Shown: piece after piece, positions 23,610 through 33,619 of the stretch
How positions within the stretch are numbered: position 1 is the first letter of the stretch
Layout: the number at the start of each line of letters is the position of its first letter
NCBI RefSeq assembly: GCF_001194135.2
Contig: NC_068996.1
Span: 27,424,738-27,459,051 of the forward strand
Origin: Octopus bimaculoides
Taxonomy: Eukaryota
DNA length: 34,314 nucleotides
Reading direction: 5' to 3'
Made by a program: the position numbers and the translations under genes
Notes under the pieces: model-generated
What the model was told of the DNA's origin: nothing
What the model saw: the letters and a program-made list of their open reading frames with translations, nothing else
Databases searched by the model: none

Positions 23610-24223
23610 TAGAAGTCCGCAGGTGCTAAATCTGGCGAATAGGGCGGGTGCAAAAGCAGCACCATGTTGTTTTGGCGAGAAACTCACGAGTGAGGAAAGC
23701 TCGGAGAGAGGATGCATTGTCGCCGTGAAAAATCCAATGCTTTACGTTCCACATATCCGATCGCTTTCGCCGAATGTCCTCCCTCAAATGCTTCAAAACG
23801 TCGCAGTAGAATTCTCAGTTGACGTTTTGGCCTTGAGGGACGAATTCTCTATGCATAATACCATATTTCCGTGGGTCACGCTCGTGACAGTTCTTCTAGA
23901 TCGCTCATCGTCTTGAAGCGCCCGTGTCACTCGAAACATTGCATACAACCCATTGCCTCGTCGCCGTAAGCTTGCTGAAGCATGCTCAATGTCTCCGTAG
24001 TAGGCTTCCCAAGTTTAATGCAAAATTTCACATTGGCTCCTTGTTCTTGTCCATGGTAAAATGGCAGACTACAGCATACACGTGATCTCAAAAACACAGC
24101 AGTGTCACTCGGCACACTGCCTCATGAAGGTCACTGCTAACTCTCACTGCGAATGCAACCCTATGCTACCATCTGTTGCTACGCTACAGAACTTGTCTGG
24201 GAACTTTTTGATGCCACCTCGTA
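23610..24223 (-). mobile_element. Internally deleted mariner transposon
   Basis: Terminus tacgaggtggcatcaaaaagttcc at ~24223. N-terminus EQGANVKFCIKLGK..TETLSMLQQAYGDEAM is joined to EFVPQGQ.VN.EFYCDVL...WIFHGDNA...HPPYSPDLAPADFY. Confidence 0.85.
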
Positions 24224-24514
24224 TGTAGAAGTAAATCTGGATTGACAAAGCGCATGAAATGTCACAACAATTTCTAGTAGTCTCTACAGTGAAATCAAAT
24301 ATTTTCATGTGATACTGTGGAAAAATTTGTAAATCTCGAGTTGGACTAAAGTCATTTTCGGCCAACATGTAACCTATCTCAAGCCATCTTGTAGTAATTT
24401 TAAACCGAAAAGTTTTAGCTCCATATTACCTGCTAGTTTGTGTGTTGGTTTTTAACTAGTTTGGTGCCTGTGTACACAATTTCCGTCTAGTAAATTCACT
24501 TGACATTGGTGGAT

Positions 24515-24600
24515 CCTAGACTATTGTGGAACACACGAGCCCAAAGTGTTATGCAGTGGGACTGAACCTGAAACCACATGGTTGCAAAGCGAGCTTCTTA
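24515..24600 (-). mobile_element. Degenerate tRNA-derived SINE head fragment
   Basis: Minus strand TAAGAAGCTCGCTTTGCAACCATGTGGTTTCAGGTTCAGTCCCACTGCATAACACTTTGGG; B-box-like GGTTCAGTCC; homologous to 25570-25624. Confidence 0.7.
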
Positions 24601-25294
24601 GGTGTTTTGATTTATTCTGTGAATACGGTTGTTTTTGTGGGTGGGTACAATCTGTAGGAACTTCACTTTTAAGTCACTGAGTCTTAGTAAAATTGTTTTG
24701 GATTTACGTTGTTTCATTTAAAATTGCTCTTCTCACGAACCTTGAAATACAGACTGGTAGTATTCATTGTATTTTAAAAGAAATGAAGAGATATATGAAT
24801 GGGCCGAATTCATGTTTTCTTTTCAGAGTTAAATGTTTTTTTTTTTTTGTTGCTTAGTTTTATTTTCACGTGAATTAACAGTTTCGACATTATTGAAAGA
24901 TTTTTGTTGATTGACTTTATTTGAATCAATTTTGATTAACTATGTTATCGTTTTTGTTGTGTCTCATGATAACGCTGATGAAGTAAATCTATGGATAAAA
25001 TTATTTCAATCGTCACCACTTTTTTTTTTTTACAGCATAGTTTACCTCGACTACGTTACCCAATGCGTACCTCATTATTTTTGTTTAAGACAATGTGGTA
25101 TGATTTGATGCAGATTCAACGGCTACACATATTAATTTGGACTCGTTTTTGAAATTATTTGGTGCATTACAGTGTTATCAATTGTAAAGCAAAGTTTACT
25201 GCATTTTTTGTTTGTTTTTGTTGTTTTTAACCAACACATTATCCCTCCTTTCTGTGAAAATTATCCATTTTCTCCTTAATTCTCATCATGTATT

Positions 25295-25624
25295 CTTTTA
25301 TTTGTTTATTTGATTACGGCCATGCTGGAGCACCACCTTTAGTAGAACAAATCGACCCCAGGACTTATTCTTTGTAAGCCTACTACTTATTCTATCGCTT
25401 CTTTTGCTGAATCGCTAAGTTACGGGGACGTAAACACACCAACATCGGTTGTCAGCGATGGTGGGGGGGACAAACATAGACACACAAACACACACACATA
25501 CATATATAAATACATATACGATGGGCTTCGTTCAGTTTCCGTCTACCAAATCCACTGACAAGACTTTGGTTGACCCGAGGCTATAGTAGAAGACACTTGC
25601 CCTTGTCGTTGGGAAGCAAGCTTC
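25295..25624 (-). mobile_element. tRNA-derived SINE (CORE-like central part), head interrupted at GAAGCTTGCTTCC
   Basis: Minus strand gaagcttgcttcccaac...gggcaagtgtcttctactatagcctcggg...gtggatttggtagacggaaactgaa, internal (TG/TA)n, and a 3' end gtgctccagcatggcc followed by an AATAAA-rich tail. Confidence 0.8.
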
Positions 25625-27374
25625 TTTATTTTATGAAATTGGCCATGAAGGCCTTACATTGAGGAGACAGCACAAGGTGAGGACAAAAAAAAAAAGAAAA
25701 AACAAACGAATGAAAAGAATGAATTAATACAATGAAAGATGAAATGAAGCCGTTCGGCCTCACCTCCGAGCAACTTCAATGAATCTGTTAATACAACTTT
25801 TTTTTTTTGGGAACACAATTATTTACACCACCATTTGCAACAGTTAATCACCATTTTTTTCCAGAATGTCTTTGTTATATATTTTTTTAAATATCGACAT
25901 ACCTTATCCGTTCCGGCATTGTGCTGGTGTCTATTTTTTTGACCCACCACTCGCAGTCAAAATTTTCCACATAATTATGTAATCTAAACAGGTACTCCGG
26001 GTCCGCCAACGCGCAGTGAATGTTTTCGGGCAGACCCCTTACTCCCGTTACATCCACATTAATTACTTCATCCCACGAGTCTACCTCATTGTACAGTTCT
26101 TCATTTTCTCCATTGTACATTATTACATATTTTTTCTTACAGGGCGGGGCTGGGTAAGTTTGAGGCTCTTGTGTGTTTACACTTATTTTTATGTCAGACA
26201 GGGTATGGGGAGGGCTGGTGTCTGTAGGGAGTGATTGGGGGTAGAATGGGTGTGGGTGGGGGGTCGTCCTTTACTACGTGTGTCCTCTTTTTCCTTTTCC
26301 TTCTCTTTTCCCGCCGTTTCCCAGCTGGTATTCGTCTCCTCTTCCTCGACGCTGGTACTTGTCTTCGTCTGTGGTGCTACATCACTTTCCTTTTCCTCCA
26401 TGAGCTGTGGAGTACCAACCACTTTCTCACTCTCCTGTCTCTCAGCCTTTTCTAGTGGTGGAGGACAATCCGCCCTAATGTGGCCTTTCAGACCACATTT
26501 ATAACACCGCGGAATCCTCCCTTCCACTATGACTTTCAATATTGTCTCTCCTACTGTGATGGTCTCGACCATCTTTTCTATATCTTCTTCCGCGACTTGC
26601 ACCACCATATCAAGGGTTTGTCCCTGCCAGTTCCTAGGGGTGTTCTGGTGGCATGGAGGACCACCACCTTCTCCTCCATGCCCAGCAGTATGGCAGCCAC
26701 CAGCCAGGCTACATCCACTTCTGGGGGTATTTCTTCCGTCCTAACCCTGGAAGCACGTCTCTCAAGGTATATAGGTATAAGAACCACTTCATCCGTTTTC
26801 AGCGGTGTTGCTGAGTGCAGCCTGGCGGTAGCTACCTTTCTGAACTGTACCTCCACCGTTCCAAACTTTTCCTCTGGCAAGGTAGGAAATCCCTTGCCAG
26901 ATTGGTCTCAGTGCCTTATCTGTTTGAGCCGTTGACGTGATCTCGATCTATCTTGCTGCCACTGAGTATGTTCGGTAAATTATTGTTCTTTCTGTTGCTT
27001 CCTTTAAAACTTCTTGGTGAGGGAACGCCTTCACTTCGTTCCCCTCCCTTTTAAGCATTCCCTCGAACTTGCTCACATCCTCCATCTTCGCTTCTTTCTT
27101 TTGTCGCTGCAGCATAATTTCTTGCTTCCATTGCTTCGTCTATTTTCTTTATACACTCCACCATTTTTCCTCAGACGATACAAAATCCGAAGAAGGGCAG
27201 TTTACAACGTTTGAAACAAAGCAATTCAAACTTTCGTGACTCCTCACTCGACGCCTCTCCATTAAACAAGAGGAAAAAACGTCGCACCGCCAAGACAGCA
27301 AAAAAAAAAAAAAACAAACAAAATAACACGTGTATAACAAACAAAACCACAATCCAACAGACAAACGCTATCCC
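25625..27374 (-). mobile_element. gag/ORF1-only non-LTR-like retroelement, copy 1 (1750 bp, apparently complete)
   Basis: T-rich 5' leader, one disrupted ORF, ~220-bp 3' UTR ending ...CATAAAATAAA; bounded on both sides by the 13-mer GAAGCTTGCTTCC (25612-25624 and 27375-27387). No endonuclease or RT. Confidence 0.8.
25844..27262 (-). pseudogene. Gag/ORF1-like protein with a single CCHC zinc knuckle (disrupted)
   Basis: YAAA...RTIIYRTY...GTVEVQFRK...YLERRASRVRTEEIPPEV...VEGRIPR-CYKCGLKGHIRADC (26465-26506), then a Glu/Lys/Pro-rich linker and a C-terminal domain GLPENIHCALADPEYL...WWVKK. Confidence 0.8.
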
Positions 27375-27387
27375 GGAAGCAAGCTTC

Positions 27388-28750
27388 TTTAATTAATGAA
27401 ATTGGCCATGAAGGCAGTACATAGAGGGGACAGCACAAGGCGAGGACATAGAAAAAAAAAACGAATGGAAAAGATGAATTGAATATAACGAAAAATTGGA
27501 ATGAAGCCGTTCGGCCCCACATCCGAGCGACTTCATTGAACCTGTTAATACAACCCCTTTTTTTAAAAACATTAAATTAAACTACCATTTATAATGCCTT
27601 TGTGACAGCTAGTTTCCACTTTTTTGGAAAATGTCTATGTCAAGTTCCTTTAAAATGTAAGCATAACTTACCCTTTTAGGTATTTTGCTGGTGTTCATTT
27701 TTGTAACCCACCAATCGAAATCAGTTTCTTCTTCGTAATTTATCAATCTTGAGAGGTACACCGGGTCCGCTACTGCACAGCAAACGTCCTCGGGTAACCC
27801 TCCTACCCTTGTTATGCCCACTTCTATTATTTTTCCGATGTCTTCATCACGTTGCAAAGTTCTTCTTTATTCCAGTTATATCATATAACAAATTTATCTA
27901 TGGGCCAGGGTGGGAAAATTTGGGGCTCCTGTGTGTTTGTGAAGGTGGAGTATGGGAGGGGTTGGTGTCTTTTTGGGTGGTTGGGGTAGAGTGGGTGTGG
28001 GTTGGGGGTCGCCCTTAACCACGTGTGTCCTCTTTCCCCTCTCCCTTCTCTTTTTACCCGCCGTTTCCCAGCTGGTGTTTACCTCCTCTTCTTCGACGCT
28101 TGTACTGGTCTTTGTCTGTGGTGCCGCTTCACTCTCCTTCTCGTACTTTTCCTCAACCTCAACGGGCAGTGGAGCACCAACCACTTTCTCACTCTGTTCC
28201 CTTTCTGTAGTCTTCACTGGTGGAGTACAATCCGCTCTAATGTGGCCTTTGAGGCTACATTTATAGCACCGCGGAATCCTCCCTTCCACTCTGACTTTCA
28301 GCGTCATGTCTGCGACCGTGTTGTTTCCACCGTACTTTCAATATCTTCTGAGTTAATCTGTACCACCATGTCCAGACTCTGTCCTTGCCAGTTTCTGTGG
28401 AGTGTTCTGGTGGCCTGCAGGACCACCACCTTTTCTTCCATGCCTAGCAGTATGGCAGCCACCAGTCAGGTTACATTCACTTCTGGTGGTATGTCTTCTA
28501 CCCTAACCCTGAAAGCACGTCTCCCAAGGTATACGGGTAGAAGCACCACTTCGTCCGTTTTCAATAGTGTGGCTGAGTGCATTCTAGCGGTAGCTTTCTC
28601 CCGAAACTGCACTTTCACCGTTCCGTACTTTCTTCCCCTGGCAAGGTAGGATATCTCTTGTCAGACTGGCATCAAGATCTTTTCAACTCGTGCATCCGAC
28701 ACCACTTCTATTTTTCTTGTTGCCACCGCGTATGTTCTGTAAACAATCGT
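27388..28750 (-). mobile_element. gag/ORF1-only retroelement, copy 2 (5' part in gap)
   Basis: Collinear with copy 1 at an offset of ~1765 bp. Knuckle CYKCSLKGHIRADC at 28227-28268 and C-terminal GLPEDVCCAVADPVYL...WWVTK; the 3' end ...CATTAATTAAA is followed by the same 13-mer. Confidence 0.8.
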
Positions 28751-29648
28751 NNNNNNNNNNNNNNNNNNNNNNNNNNNNNNNNNNNNNNNNNNNNNNNNNN
28801 NNNNNNNNNNNNNNNNNNNNNNNNNNNNNNNNNNNNNNNNNNNNNNNNNNNNNNNNNNNNNNNNNNNNNNNNNNNNNNNNNNNNNNNNNNNNNNNNNNNN
28901 NNNNNNNNNNNNNNNNNNNNNNNNNNNNNNNNNNNNNNNNNNNNNNNNNNNNNNNNNNNNNNNNNNNNNNNNNNNNNNNNNNNNNNNNNNNNNNNNNNNN
29001 NNNNNNNNNNNNNNNNNNNNNNNNNNNNNNNNNNNNNNNNNNNNNNNNNNNNNNNNNNNNNNNNNNNNNNNNNNNNNNNNNNNNNNNNNNNNNNNNNNNN
29101 NNNNNNNNNNNNNNNNNNNNNNNNNNNNNNNNNNNNNNNNNNNNNNNNNNNNNNNNNNNNNNNNNNNNNNNNNNNNNNNNNNNNNNNNNNNNNNNNNNNN
29201 NNNNNNNNNNNNNNNNNNNNNNNNNNNNNNNNNNNNNNNNNNNNNNNNNNNNNNNNNNNNNNNNNNNNNNNNNNNNNNNNNNNNNNNNNNNNNNNNNNNN
29301 NNNNNNNNNNNNNNNNNNNNNNNNNNNNNNNNNNNNNNNNNNNNNNNNNNNNNNNNNNNNNNNNNNNNNNNNNNNNNNNNNNNNNNNNNNNNNNNNNNNN
29401 NNNNNNNNNNNNNNNNNNNNNNNNNNNNNNNNNNNNNNNNNNNNNNNNNNNNNNNNNNNNNNNNNNNNNNNNNNNNNNNNNNNNNNNNNNNNNNNNNNNN
29501 NNNNNNNNNNNNNNNNNNNNNNNNNNNNNNNNNNNNNNNNNNNNNNNNNNNNNNNNNNNNNNNNNNNNNNNNNNNNNNNNGTTTAATTAGCTGCCCAAAT
29601 TTAAAATAATAATTGAATCAATCGTGCACACTATAATATTCAATTTCT

Positions 29649-29711
<63 letters not shown>

Positions 29712-30142
29712 TTTAATATAGTAGCTCACCTGCACACCATTTATTGGTGAGCTACTAAGTTCATACTTGGATAGTACAATCATCGGAAGGACTTATATAG
29801 CGTGTCATCCTTTTCAACCAGAACTCTAGGTTGAGAAATCCCAGGAACTGTTATGGTCTAGTACACACACACACACACGCACAAACATACACACACACAT
29901 AGATGCACATACACACCTTTGCGAATATAGATACATACACATATGCATATATCTATATCTATAGATATATACCTACGCGCACATATACACACATACATGT
30001 ACAGTTATCTACACACACATACACACATAACTATGCACATCTATACATACATACATACATACATACAGCTACACGGACACATATAGGAATGAGCTATTTG
30101 CCAATCCACATATATGCACGTATATACATCTATATTATATAT
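29649..30142. repeat. Microsatellite and low-complexity (TA/TG/CA/TACA) cluster
   Basis: Direct reading; (TG)n at 29661-29710 and a CA/TACA-rich tract at 29862-30142. Confidence 0.9.
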
Positions 30143-30144
30143 AA

Positions 30145-30630
30145 GGCGTTCCGTGGTCGCTTGATCTTGGTGGTACTTGGGACAATCTTCATGTGAAGTA
30201 CCTTCCAAGTCAATTCTGTTCGAAAAGACTAAAGCTCATTAAAAGATCTGTGTGGTGGCTGCCCATGCTTATTATTCATTTGATGATGTAACTGGTATCT
30301 TCCCATTCAAGCAGACTGTAAAATGGTCAGATATGAAAACTGGTGCAAATTCCCGTGTATACATGAATGGGAACGATCTCATTGGGGAAACTGAGATTAA
30401 TGGAGAGATGAAATATTACCAACTTGACTTGACTAGACAACTTGAGGAAGGTTATCGACCGAAATTGACACTAAATGAAAGAAAACATACCGTAACTCTT
30501 AAGTATGGATCTGGGTGCATGCTTTCTTAATTGTCATTAAGCATATTCCATTTGAAACTGCTGAAGATGAAGAACAAGATATATTATCTGCCTTGAAGGA
30601 AGACACGCAAAAATATAAATATATATACAC
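30145..30630 (+). pseudogene. Unidentified degraded protein-coding fragment
   Basis: One frame is nearly open for ~130 codons with complex composition (KICVVAAHAYYSFDDVTGIFPFKQ...YYQLDL...), with few stops and a probable frameshift near 30535; no splice signals or motif recognised. Confidence 0.35.
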
Positions 30631-30934
30631 ACACATATTTTTCCCCCTCTTTCAACACGTTTAGTATCCTCAATCACAAAATGGCTTGTGTTTTTTTCAT
30701 ACATTTTATCTTTCTTAGCAAATGGTTCATTTTCAATGTCAACAGATATCTGCTTACGTTTGAAGTCTTCTAATATGATTCACTTTATATTTAAGATTAA
30801 TTCTCTTTCATTTTTTTCTTCTTCTAACCAGAATTATTTTCTTGTTCCATACAAAACTATATTTCTTATTCTTTTCCAAAATTTACACAGCATTCCAATA
30901 CACACATCGGTAATTCACCGAAAAAAAAGTTTTC

Positions 30935-31600
30935 TTCCCTTTCTTATCACAGAGAAATTAATTATTACATAGTGTTCTCCGATACACACCTATCGGCAAT
31001 TATTATTTTTTTCAACTTTATGTATACACAGAATAACAAAATATTTTTTCAATTTCTTATCACAGAGAAATTTATTATTTCTCCGATATACCAATAATTC
31101 TCCGATATATACCAATCGGAAATTATTATCATTTTTTTCTTCCACATAGAATTATTTTTCTCTTCACAATGCCGCAAGTAGTAGCAGTCTACATTATTAC
31201 TGCTAGCGCTATTATGCATAGCAACCTGGCCGAAGTCCTTCGAACGGACTTTATTATTTTTCACTGTGTGTAATTTAGTTCTGTGTTAGAGGTCGAATTT
31301 TAACAGATATTTTTCTTCTGAATCTTTTTTCCCCTATATTTTTCACTGCGTGTATTTATTTTTCCCCGTATGTAGTTTGGTTCTGTGTTAGCATTTTTTC
31401 TTCAGAATCTCTTTTTTTCATCTATTTTCTACTGTGTGTATATTACTTTCCACCGTGCGTAGTTCAATTCTGTGTTAGCGTTTTTTTCTTCAGAACCCCT
31501 TTCATTGTTCTTGAACGTAGGTCTTCTTATTTTTCACTGTGTATATATTATTTTTCACCATGTGTTGTTCAATTCTGTGTTAGCAGTTTGAATCCGTCAA
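30935..31600. repeat. Degenerate tandem repeats (tttcttatcacagagaaat x2; ~85-100-bp units with cactgtgtgta...ttctgtgttag x4)
   Basis: Cores at ~30940 and 31054; ttctgtgttag at ~31280, 31381, 31469 and 31572. Confidence 0.7.
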
Positions 31601-31877
31601 ACTTCTTTTATTGTTCTTGGATGTAGGTATTCCATTTCGACATTCCTATGAGCGTCCGTAACCTCGTTACCACTGTTATAACGACACCGTTATACAGTTG
31701 AAGGTTTTCTCATAAACACTATGTCCCGCTACTACACATCAGTGACTGCGTGAGCTACGGGTCGTCGTCGCCACTGATATGTCCCACATAGGGATAACGT
31801 ATTTCATTGTCTCTGCGAGACTGACCCCGGCGCACCTGTGTGTCTGACACTACTTACTTCCGCCACAACAGTCTTCA

Positions 31878-31945
31878 ACTATACTATTGGGCTGACCCAA
31901 GCCTTGTGAGCGGATTTGGTAGACAAAAACTGAAAGAAATCTGAT
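31878..31945 (+). mobile_element. Central fragment of the same SINE family as 25295-25624
   Basis: actatactattgggctgacccaagccttgtgagcggatttggtagacaaaaactgaaagaa followed by (TG)n(CA)n. Confidence 0.7.
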
Positions 31946-31963
31946 GTGTGTGTGTGTGTGTAT

Positions 31964-32017
<54 letters not shown>

Positions 32018-32089
32018 TATAATACTTCTAATATAGGATAAAATTTTTTAAAAAATTTCAAGTGACCAGTATATTAAGATACCTTTTAT

Positions 32090-32385
32090 GGTAAAAGAAA
32101 AAAATTCTATGCCAATATGCTGAGAAATAGACTTTAAATCGTCAATCACCACATACAATATATATCACTATAAATACACATCGTGCTGAATCGAGGAAAG
32201 CAAGCTAACGGAATTTTTTAAAATGCGTTATTTAGAGATAAAAAAAGAAAATTCCGTTAGCTTGCTTTTTTTCGATTCAGCACGATGTATATTTATAGTG
32301 ATATATATTGTATTTGATATATATTGTGATTGACGATTTGAAGTCTATTTCTCAGTATATTGGCATAGAATTTTTTTCTTTTGCC
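32090..32385. repeat. Long near-perfect inverted repeat (~125-bp arms, ~30-bp spacer); foldback MITE-like
   Basis: The arm at 32090-32218 is the reverse complement of ~32250-32385 with few mismatches and one small indel. Confidence 0.9.
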
Positions 32386-32420
32386 TGTAACTATAATACA
32401 TATATTATATATATATATAT

Positions 32421-32640
32421 AATCTTATATATAAATGGCAATTTTTGTCTGTTACCATCACAGTGCCTAAACCAGTGAACCAATATTCACGAAACTTTGA
32501 ATACATGTTACACTAACATCCAGTTCAATAATAAGTTAATTGGATTTCAATAAGAATTTATAGTGTCTCGGGGGTGGGATTATATGATAAAATGAGAAGG
32601 GTGCAAAAAGTATAAGTCTGATGGAAAACCATTAGGAGGA
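32421..32640 (+). mobile_element. Possible non-autonomous Helitron 5' segment
   Basis: a|TCTTATATATAAATGGC...TGTCTGT...AAACCAGTGAACCAATATTCACGAAACTTTG resembles common animal Helitron-N 5' ends; no 3' hairpin/CTAG located. Confidence 0.4.
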
Positions 32641-32661
32641 TAAATTATATAGATATATATA

Positions 32662-33028
32662 TTGTGGCACTCCATAGGTTACAACGACGAGGGTTCCAGT
32701 TGATCCGATCAGAGGAACAGCCTGCTCGTGAAATTAACGTGCAAGTGGCTGAGCACTCAACAGACACGTGTACCCTTAACGTAGTTCTCGGGGATATTTA
32801 GCACGACACAGAGTGTGACATGGTTGGCCCTTTTAAATACAGGTACAACAGAAACAGGAAGAAAGAGTGAGAGAAAGTTGTGGTGAAAGAGTACAGCAGG
32901 GTTCGCCACCACCCCCTGCCAGAGCGTCTTGGAACTTTAGGTGCTTTCGCTCAATAAACACTCACAACGCCCAGTCTGGGAATCGAAACCGCGAGTCCGC
33001 TGCCCTAACCACTGGGCCTTTGCGCCTC

Positions 33029-33030
<2 letters not shown>
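32662..33030 (-). mobile_element. tRNA-derived SINE (second family), near full length
   Basis: Minus head GGAGGCGCAAAGGCCCAGTGGTTAGGGCAGCGGACTCGCGGTTTCGATTCCC with A-box and B-box-like motifs, flanked by microsatellites. Confidence 0.8.
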
Positions 33031-33065
<35 letters not shown>

Positions 33066-33619
33066 ATACAGATAGCCGTATATACAAAGAGTTATATATC
33101 TGTACTCACACACACATATATATCTGTACTCACATATATATGTATGCATATATGCATATATAATTATACATACATACAAATACCTACAAACTACAAACAC
33201 ATTATTTTGGTGGGTTCTGAAAAATAAACACAGTATTACTAGTTAATAGTTATATCATTGTGTGCAAACAGGAACAATGATCAAGCTTGTTGAGTGATTA
33301 ATTAATTGTCCCTATTATATTGTAAAAATGTGTACTTAAACCTATGATTACATCTTATCATCCTTTCGATGCTTCTGTTTATTAGGTTCTCTTCACTCAA
33401 TAAAATGCATAAGGATTCCCCGGAATAAAAAATCTCATAAATTCCGCTTCCTCACATATTTCGTATAAATTCTACGGCCACAAAAGAATTCCTGAAGTAA
33501 ATCCAGTGGCATATGCCTCCATACTATTGTTGACGTCAGGTAGCCGAATACTGTGAACGGGCTTTAAACAGCCTACTTACAAGGCATACATCTGTATATA
33601 AAATCATATTATATATATG

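Noticed and set aside
25630-25700. HDV-like ribozyme in the 3' UTR of the gag-only element
   Set aside because: The GTCCTCGCC-like segment is suggestive, but I could not assemble the P1/P2/P3 pseudoknot pairings.
26231-28649. Plus-strand ORFs of 150-215 aa
   Set aside because: Antisense to the gag-like frames; no independent motifs.
31257-31600. CRISPR-like repeat-spacer array
   Set aside because: Units are degenerate along their whole length, the context is eukaryotic, and there are no cas genes.
32960-33030. tRNA gene
   Set aside because: It has A/B boxes but no complete cloverleaf and continues into a SINE body.
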